From: Planctomycetota bacterium
GTDB lineage: Bacteria > Planctomycetota > UBA1135 > UBA2386
Length of the DNA: 64,000 bases
NCBI GenBank assembly: GCA_947501605.1
Contig: CANMWZ010000006.1
Location: 1 to 64,000 of the forward strand
Direction of reading: 5' to 3'
In this document: positions 57,606 through 64,000 of the stretch, one piece after another
Position numbering within the stretch: the first letter of the stretch is position 1
Layout of the letters: every line of letters begins with the position of its first letter
Translations under genes and position numbers: made by a program
The notes under the pieces: generated by a model
Seen by the model: only the letters and a program-made list of their open reading frames with translations
Told to the model about the DNA's origin: nothing
The model's database searches: none

Positions 57606-58084
57606 CGGTCAGAATCGTCAAGCCAAGTACGAAAACAAGGCGGCGGTGCGCGCCATCTGCGACTCGCACCACCGCAACGGAACATCGAGGGTAGCGGGCA
57701 ACGGCATCCACAGCACCGTGTTCCCGGCACGCAGGCAAACAGCGGCAAGACGCCGCTGCGTTCCGGGTCGACATGGCAACAGCTTTCGACTGGGCTTCTG
57801 GCCAAGCATCGTTCGTGTTGCTTGGCAAAGTGCCCGACGCTCGAGTTCCGCGAGGGTCGTTGTCGGCTTGCTCCAGACTCGACGGCGCACGCAGCTACCC
57901 GGGACGGTCGACTGCAGGGCCTTTGCCACGCTGCCCCGCCACTTCTAGCGCAACGCCCCGTGGCGGTGATGAACGCGGCGAGACGGCGGCACAGCCTCCG
58001 TCACGACCGAAGACGATCCGCCGGGAAGACCGTGCGGGCGCGACACCGACCGACGACAGCAACGCGGAAGCGCCGGCGCGCTAC

Positions 58085-60061
58085 TCAGCGGGGAGTCGGC
58101 ACCGCGCCAGCGTCGCGCGGCGTCTGCAGCGGGGCGAAGAAGCCCCAGATCGCGACCGTCGCGTCCCACGCGACCGGTTCATCGGCGCCGAGGTAGTTGC
58201 CGCGCGTGCCGCCCGGCCAAGCGTGGCCACCGCCGCCGATCGTGACGACGCAAACGGGCAGGGTACGTTCATCGGCCTGCCAGGTCTCGATGCGCACGCC
58301 GCCATCGACTGTGGTCTCGGGTTCGCCGGTGAGCCCGTTGCGCGTGCGATAGTACTTGGCTGCGTCCGCAACCGCGGCGTCAACGCGACGGCCAGCGCGG
58401 CCCATGCTGCGCTCGGGCTTGCCGCCGTCGTAGCGAACGTGAAGATCCGCAGTGCCGTGCACGATCATCACGGCGACTGGGGAGGTTGCATCGGTATCGG
58501 TGAAGTTCATCGCACCGGACACCGGCGCGATGCCAGCGAACAGGTCTGCAGCCTCGCGCGCCAAGCGATGACACATCATGCCGCCGTTGCTCATGCCCGT
58601 TGCAAACACTCGATCTGGATCGACGGCGATCCGCTGCTTCAGGTCAGCGAGAACTGCTCGCACGAACTCGGTGTCGTCGACGTTCTTGTCTCCGGCGTAG
58701 ACAGGGATGCCACCGCTGTTCCAGGTCAAGAGCTTGTTGCGCAACAGACCCGTTCCATCGGGATAGACGGCAACGAAACCGCGGCGATCAGCGAGCTTGG
58801 AGAAGCCAGTCGACTCCTCCACTTGCGCGCTGTTGCCACCGCCACCGTGGAACACCATTACGACTGGGAGCTTCGCCGCCGACGACCCGCCGGGCGGGAC
58901 GTGCAGGCGATAACTGCGAGTTCGACCGCCGCACTCGAGTCGGACCAGTTCGTCGGTGCCGCTGATGGCGGGCGACTTGACGAACGCGCGCGCCGCTGCC
59001 TGCACTGCACCGATGCGCGGCAGGACGCGCGCGACACGATCTTGGATGGCGAGCACACCCCACAAGCCTTGATCCCGATCTACCCACGGCAAGAACCCGA
59101 ACGCGCCTGGATCACTGCCTCGCACCACCCCTGCTTGCGGCTCCTGAAGCCAAGTGGCGAGACCGTAGGCGAGATCGCCTTCAAAACCCGGGAAACGAAC
59201 CAGTGTTCGAGCAGTCTGCGACCGGAACATGCGATCCAGCGATTCCGGCTTCAGGACACGCACGCCGCGAAGTTCGCCACCATTGCCGAGCATCGCACAG
59301 AATCGCTCATAGTCGCGCAGCGACGACACTGCTCCCCCTGCGATCCAAGGAACAGTCGCTGCGCCAGCATCGCTGCCGACCGGCGACAGCCGACCAAACG
59401 CGGTGTTCATCATGCCCAGGCGGTCGGCCACGCGATCGCGAAACAAGGTGTGCCAGTTGGTCTTGGTGGCGCGCACCGCGACGCACGCGGCCACTTGGAA
59501 CCCCACACCGCTGTAGACGAAGTCGATGCCGGGCTCATACTGCAGCGGCTCCTCGGCAAGCTCGCGAGCCACGCCGTCCATGTCGAGATCGCGATCGAGT
59601 GCGGTTCGCGATTGCGCGGCGAAGCCCGCGGTGCACGACAGACACTGACTCAGCGTCAGGTACTTCTTGTCCGGGCGATCGAACTCTTTCAGGTAGCGCG
59701 ACACCGGCAGCTCGATATCGAGCAACCCATCATCGTGCAGCGAGAGGATGACCGCGGTCGCGAGCCACTTGCTGGCCGAAGCAATCGGCAGTGTCTGGTC
59801 AGCGGAGAAGTCACCGACGGTGCCAAGGTGGAGCAACCTGTCCTTGAGACCGACCGCCAGCCCCGCACCCTCGACGCCGATCGGCCGGGTCAGGTGGGCG
59901 AGCGCTTCCGTCAGTTCCTTCGCTGACGGAGCGGTGCGTTCGGGGGGCGTCGCCAACTCTTGCGCCGAGGGGTCCTGGCCGAGGACCTGCGTCGCCGCAC
60001 CGAGAAGCAGCACCAGGTTGAGGGAGATCCGCAGTGGGAAGCCGGCAAGCCGCATGTTCAT
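58085..60061 (-). CDS. Fusion of a beta-lactamase-family serine hydrolase and a PHB-depolymerase/LpqC-family esterase
   Basis: IASASKW (SxxK), F.YSG, GAFG..PW.D; then RSYRLHVP, FHGGG, TGMSNGGMM (GxSxG), HGTAD, GHAWPG. Confidence 0.88.
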   Translation of the reverse strand: MNMRLAGFPLRISLNLVLLLGAATQVLGQDPSAQELATPPERTAPSAKELTEALAHLTRPIGVEGAGLAVGLKDRLLHLGTVGDFSADQTLPIASASKWLATAVILSLHDDGLLDIELPVSRYLKEFDRPDKKYLTLSQCLSCTAGFAAQSRTALDRDLDMDGVARELAEEPLQYEPGIDFVYSGVGFQVAACVAVRATKTNWHTLFRDRVADRLGMMNTAFGRLSPVGSDAGAATVPWIAGGAVSSLRDYERFCAMLGNGGELRGVRVLKPESLDRMFRSQTARTLVRFPGFEGDLAYGLATWLQEPQAGVVRGSDPGAFGFLPWVDRDQGLWGVLAIQDRVARVLPRIGAVQAAARAFVKSPAISGTDELVRLECGGRTRSYRLHVPPGGSSAAKLPVVMVFHGGGGNSAQVEESTGFSKLADRRGFVAVYPDGTGLLRNKLLTWNSGGIPVYAGDKNVDDTEFVRAVLADLKQRIAVDPDRVFATGMSNGGMMCHRLAREAADLFAGIAPVSGAMNFTDTDATSPVAVMIVHGTADLHVRYDGGKPERSMGRAGRRVDAAVADAAKYYRTRNGLTGEPETTVDGGVRIETWQADERTLPVCVVTIGGGGHAWPGGTRGNYLGADEPVAWDATVAIWGFFAPLQTPRDAGAVPTPR

Positions 60062-60340
60062 CGTGAGCGTGTGATAGGGAACTCGAGTCTCGATCTGGAC
60101 CGGAGCAGTAGCTTCTCGGAGCGCCTGCGGCTGGTCGGTCCCGCGCACAGGCCAATTGTGCACTCACTTCTATCGACCGGCGGCAAACGAACCTTCGCAC
60201 CGACGTTCGGCGCGGCGACGAGAACGCACAGTTCGCGGCGTACCAACAATCCGACGAGCAGCACGCTGTGGCGCGCCTTGCTCGCCGCCGGACGGCAAAG
60301 GCACTGGTGCCTGAGCCGCCAATCCGACCGAGTCTGCTAC

Positions 60341-60490
60341 ATGACGAACCCAATGGAACGCCGCGTGTTCTTGTCCCGAGTTCTTTGCCTCCTATTGCTC
60401 GCAGTCACCAGCACCGCCTGCCATTTCCACGGGCACCACGGGTGCGGCAGATCCTTCAGCTACTGCCAGCCGATCCGCCACTGCAGGTGA
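60341..60490 (+). CDS. Tiny putative lipoprotein with a His/Cys-rich mature peptide
   Basis: MTNPMERRVFLSRVLCLLLLAVTSTA-CHFHGHHGCGRSFSYCQPIRHCR*. Confidence 0.5.
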   Translation: MTNPMERRVFLSRVLCLLLLAVTSTACHFHGHHGCGRSFSYCQPIRHCR

Positions 60491-60559
60491 ACCCACCGCG
60501 CGCCACCTACGGACACGGTTGCGTTGACGGCGACCGCCAGCTGCGCGACAACCAACCGC

Positions 60560-60952
60560 ATGACGCCAGCTCGCATGCTGACCCTCGCCGCGCTCCTGGG
60601 TGGCTCCGGAGTCTTGATCGGGGCCTTCGGCTCGCACGGCCTGAAGTCGATCGCAACGCCGCAGGGACTGGAATGGTGGGAGACCGGGTCGCGCTACCAG
60701 ATCTACCACTCCTTGGCGCTGCTCTTGTGCGGACTCCTCGGACGAACGGGCTCCGCACCGAGGCTATCGGCGTGGGCGTTCGTCGTCGGCATTTCGCTGT
60801 TCAGTGGTTCGCTCTACGCGATGGCCTTGACCGACCAACGTTGGTTCGCGTTTGCGACCCCCCTGGGGGGCGCCTCGTTGGCCTTGGGCTGGCTCAGTCT
60901 GCTGCCGCACTGCGGCTCCCGTCCAGACGGAACGCGCCCTTGCCCAGACTGA
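60560..60952 (+). CDS. DUF423 family membrane protein
   Basis: GAFGSHGL, WETG.RYQ.YH, GI.LFSGSLY, TPLGG. Confidence 0.92.
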   Translation: MTPARMLTLAALLGGSGVLIGAFGSHGLKSIATPQGLEWWETGSRYQIYHSLALLLCGLLGRTGSAPRLSAWAFVVGISLFSGSLYAMALTDQRWFAFATPLGGASLALGWLSLLPHCGSRPDGTRPCPD

Positions 60953-61151
60953 GCGCCTCGCTCCTCGGAACGCCTCTTCGCCCGCATCACCGAGACCGCC
61001 CTAGGGTCTGCCCGCGACCAAGAGACAGCAGGGCCTTGGCACGGAGCCGCGCGCCCACAACAATCTTCGGCTACCCCCTCTGCTTCGCTAGGATCCGCGC
61101 CCCCGGGCCGGACCCGGCTCGCCTACAGACCCCTAGCCCTTCGACTCGCTG

Positions 61152-63134
61152 ATGACTACCGCACAGCGTTCCGTCGCAACGCGCCGACTCCTCGCGTTCG
61201 CGGCTGCCCTTGCTCCACTTGCAGCCCAAGAGCCGCAAACCCCGGCCCCGGCCAGCGCCACTGCACCGGCGGCGGCCACCGCTGTCGGTCTTCCGAGTTT
61301 TCTGCTGCCTGTCCCTGCCGGCAAAGTCCAGATGGGCATGACGATCGAGCAGCTCGTTGGAGCTGCGAGCCAGGCCATCAATCCCCGCCGCCCCGACCAA
61401 GCCGCCAAGGAAGTCGAGAAGCTGGCGCTGCGTCTCCGACAGACGGCCTCACAGCTTGGCATGGAGACACGCGACGTGCCGGCGTTCCTGCTCGGCAACT
61501 CGCCGGTCACCAACAAGCAGTGGAAGGCCTACATGGAGAGGATGGCGGCCAACGGGGTCAAGGTGCGCCCGCCATTCCATTGGTGGCGCTACGGTCGCAA
61601 GGATGACTACGACGCCAAGCTCGTGGACATCAACACCGAGTTCAAGGGAGATGGCAAGCTGGGCCCGGTCCTCTACTGGGAACGACACGGGGAGACGCTG
61701 CCTTGGGACCTGAAAGATGAGAACGGCAAACCCATCGACGACCTGCCCGTCGTCTACATCAGTCGCAAGGACGCGGTGCGATTCGCCGAATGGATCGGTA
61801 TGCGTCTCCCGACCGAAGAAGAATGGACGCGCGCAGCTCGCGGCGACGGCACCAATGTTTGGCCCTGGGGCAACAACAAAGAACTGGGCGACAAGTATCA
61901 GGAGAAGGTCCTTGAGCTAATGAAGCTGGCGAACAACCGAGACCGCCACCTGAACCCGGTCGGCTCCGTCGCGTTTGGCACTGGCCCGTTCGGCCACGTT
62001 GACATGAGCGGCCAAGTCTGGGAGTTCGTTGGCGGCAATGGCTTCGGCCCGATCACCGGTCAGAAGGTGTTCGGCGAGGAGTGGAAGAAGACTCAGAAGG
62101 ACAAACTCGGCATGCTGCTGAAGGATGTGCCGGTGTGGAAGAGCGAGTTGTTCGTCGTCAAGGGCGGCTCCTTCCTCTCGTCGGGTGACCCCATCCAGCT
62201 GCAGATCGACTGCCGAGTGGGCGTTCCGAACGACGAGGTTATCGAGGGCCTCGGCATGCGCCTCGCGAAGAGCCTGAAGCCGGGTTTCGACCTGCTGATT
62301 TCGCTCGTCACCAGCGACTACAACATGGACCTGTTCGAGACCGGCGTGGCCGACCAGAAGGTCGACTTCGCTGCGCAAACAGGCATCGAGCGCTACGTGC
62401 TCGACGCGGCCGGCTTCCCGACCGAGTATCACGCCGTATCGATGGCGCCCGTCGACTGGCTGACCAGCGAGAAGAACGGCACGTTGACGAAGCTACTGGA
62501 GCGGAGCCAGACGACGCCGTTGTTGCTGGGCACGCTGGCTGTGACCGACCCACTGGCAGTACCAAAGATGCCCGCGGGGCTCTACTCCGTCGCTTTCCGT
62601 GCTGAGGGTGTGCCAAAGGAACTCAAGGAAGCCATCAAGCTCGGCTACAAAGAGGTCCAGGCAGAGATCAAGCGAAAGGAGCGTGCGGCCAAGGGTGGCG
62701 AAGCGGAGGCCGCCGCAGAACCGGAACTCAAGAAGACCGACTGGCGCATTGTGCTCACGCGCTACGGCCTCACGGACAAGGACCTGGAGCCAAAGGGCGC
62801 CGACACCGACCTGAAAATCGTCCGCCTCGGAACGCTCGAAGTGCCTGTGGAGCACAACACATTCGTGTTCTTCGACAACAAGGGCAAGTGGATGGCTGCG
62901 TGCAAGGCCCAGGATCTGGTCGCCGGCACCCTCTCCGCCGGCGAGGTGCTTTTCGGCACCGGCAAGGACGGAAAGACCGAGCACGCCAAGGTCGAGTTGA
63001 AGTTCCGGGTGCCCCTTCTCAAGGACCAGAAGAAGGCGGTCGAATACAAGCTCGACCTGCTCCTGGAGCAGGGCCCGCCGGCCGCTGGCGAGACCTGGCG
63101 TCTCCCGGTCGCTCCGCCCGCGGGAGACAAGTGA
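61152..63134 (+). CDS. Exported FGE-sulfatase-fold (SUMF1/EgtB/PvdO family) protein with a C-terminal extension
   Basis: Signal peptide; PVTN.Q, PVV.IS..DA..FA.W.G.RLPTEEEW.RAARG, DMSG.VWE, KGGSF, LGMR. Confidence 0.85.
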   Translation: MTTAQRSVATRRLLAFAAALAPLAAQEPQTPAPASATAPAAATAVGLPSFLLPVPAGKVQMGMTIEQLVGAASQAINPRRPDQAAKEVEKLALRLRQTASQLGMETRDVPAFLLGNSPVTNKQWKAYMERMAANGVKVRPPFHWWRYGRKDDYDAKLVDINTEFKGDGKLGPVLYWERHGETLPWDLKDENGKPIDDLPVVYISRKDAVRFAEWIGMRLPTEEEWTRAARGDGTNVWPWGNNKELGDKYQEKVLELMKLANNRDRHLNPVGSVAFGTGPFGHVDMSGQVWEFVGGNGFGPITGQKVFGEEWKKTQKDKLGMLLKDVPVWKSELFVVKGGSFLSSGDPIQLQIDCRVGVPNDEVIEGLGMRLAKSLKPGFDLLISLVTSDYNMDLFETGVADQKVDFAAQTGIERYVLDAAGFPTEYHAVSMAPVDWLTSEKNGTLTKLLERSQTTPLLLGTLAVTDPLAVPKMPAGLYSVAFRAEGVPKELKEAIKLGYKEVQAEIKRKERAAKGGEAEAAAEPELKKTDWRIVLTRYGLTDKDLEPKGADTDLKIVRLGTLEVPVEHNTFVFFDNKGKWMAACKAQDLVAGTLSAGEVLFGTGKDGKTEHAKVELKFRVPLLKDQKKAVEYKLDLLLEQGPPAAGETWRLPVAPPAGDK

Positions 63135-63147
63135 CCCCCGAGACTCT

Positions 63148-63726
63148 GTGAACCAAACCGTGAAACCGTCTTCTCACCCGCAGGCCAAGGCCAACATCAA
63201 CGAAAAGGCCAAGAAGTCCTTCTCGGTGCAGGAGTATGGCGGCCGCATCGCCATCGACGGCGTGCAGATCGTCGAACTCAAGCGGTTCAACGACGACGGC
63301 GGCGCCATCACAGAACTCGGCCGCCTCGACAGCGGGTTGCACAAGCAGTTGCCCGGTTTTGAGTGCCGCCAAGTCAACTACAGCGAGGTCGAGCCGGAGG
63401 CCGTGAAGGCCTACCATTTGCACCACCGCCAGACCGACGTCTGGTACGTGCCGCCGTGCGACAAGCTGCTGCTCGTGCTGCATGACTGCCGCAAAGGCTC
63501 GTCGACCGAAGGCCAGACCATGCGTTTCGTGCTCGGCGACGGCAAGGACCGCATCGTTCGTATTCCGCCGGGCGTCGCCCACGGAACGAAGAACCTGGCA
63601 CCCACGACCGGTCGGATCATCTACATGGTCGACGTGCAGTTCTCGCCGGACCCTGTCGAGTGTGACGAGGGCCGCCTGCCTTGGGACTTCCTCGGTGCCG
63701 AGATCTGGGACGTCGTGAAGGGCTGA
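63148..63726 (+). CDS. dTDP-4-dehydrorhamnose 3,5-epimerase (RmlC-like cupin)
   Basis: IDGV, QVNYS, VKAYHLH..QTD, D.RK.S.T, IPPGVAHG. Confidence 0.85.
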   Translation: MNQTVKPSSHPQAKANINEKAKKSFSVQEYGGRIAIDGVQIVELKRFNDDGGAITELGRLDSGLHKQLPGFECRQVNYSEVEPEAVKAYHLHHRQTDVWYVPPCDKLLLVLHDCRKGSSTEGQTMRFVLGDGKDRIVRIPPGVAHGTKNLAPTTGRIIYMVDVQFSPDPVECDEGRLPWDFLGAEIWDVVKG

Positions 63727-63790
63727 TCCAAGCGTCAACGCCGCGCCTCCGGCCATGGCCGGAGGCCCTCGCCAAGACCGTCCTGGGCGT

Positions 63791-64000
63791 TCAGCTGTCC
63801 GCGAGCATTTCGGCGAGGCTCCGCTGCGGGAAGTCGCTGCGGAGCGACACATCGCGCGGCCGCAGCGGATCCTGGCACTCCGCCGGAAGAAGCATGTGCG
63901 GTTGCCGCCCGTGCACCGAGCACAGCCGCTGACCGAACTCCCACCTCGAGACGCGCTCGGGGCCGGCCAGGTGCACGACTCGCGACAGGTCCGTTTGCAG
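63791..64000 (-). CDS. 3' end of an RmlD-like sugar-nucleotide reductase (truncated by the window edge)
   Basis: VVHLAGPERVSRWEFG...RPRDVSL C-terminal motifs. Confidence 0.7.
   Translation of the reverse strand: MQTDLSRVVHLAGPERVSRWEFGQRLCSVHGRQPHMLLPAECQDPLRPRDVSLRSDFPQRSLAEMLADS

Noticed and set aside
57606..58084. ~480-bp intergenic gap as a riboswitch or ncRNA
   Set aside because: I could not recognise any conserved RNA motif or convincing long stem; an Rfam/Infernal search would be needed

Overview
GC-rich bacterial chromosome segment, most likely Planctomycetota (inferred from gene content and a C-terminal '...FQA...DP...SNAL' secreted-protein domain). Left to right: (1) the right end of an integrative element, marked by a duplicated 3' half of tRNA-Gly(CCC) at 556-600, then an accessory/defence-like block: DUF429 nuclease, a 1741-aa exonuclease-like/RecQ/UvrD fusion, an intact parDE module over a decayed AbrB-PIN module, a three-gene operon headed by a lipoprotein whose motif order resembles bacterial gasdermins, a SWIM-SNF2 ATPase and a patatin. 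(2) A small RRM/desaturase (cold-response-like) cluster. (3) A ~16 kb Wzx/Wzy polysaccharide locus with amino-dideoxy-sugar enzymes and a degenerate Wzc. (4) A NarL-type regulator, sensor-less histidine kinase, CBS and TPR proteins. (5) A Ttp-type TonB operon with a TonB-dependent receptor, a secreted beta-helix-like surface protein and 11-bp-periodic PhoB-like boxes. (6) A 2114-aa secreted protein, a double serine-hydrolase fusion, a tiny His/Cys-rich lipopeptide ORF, DUF423, an FGE-fold protein and rmlC/rmlD-like genes. The top candidate for a novel system is the exported gasdermin-like lipoprotein operon (8174-10046). All family calls are from motif recognition by eye; no searches were run.
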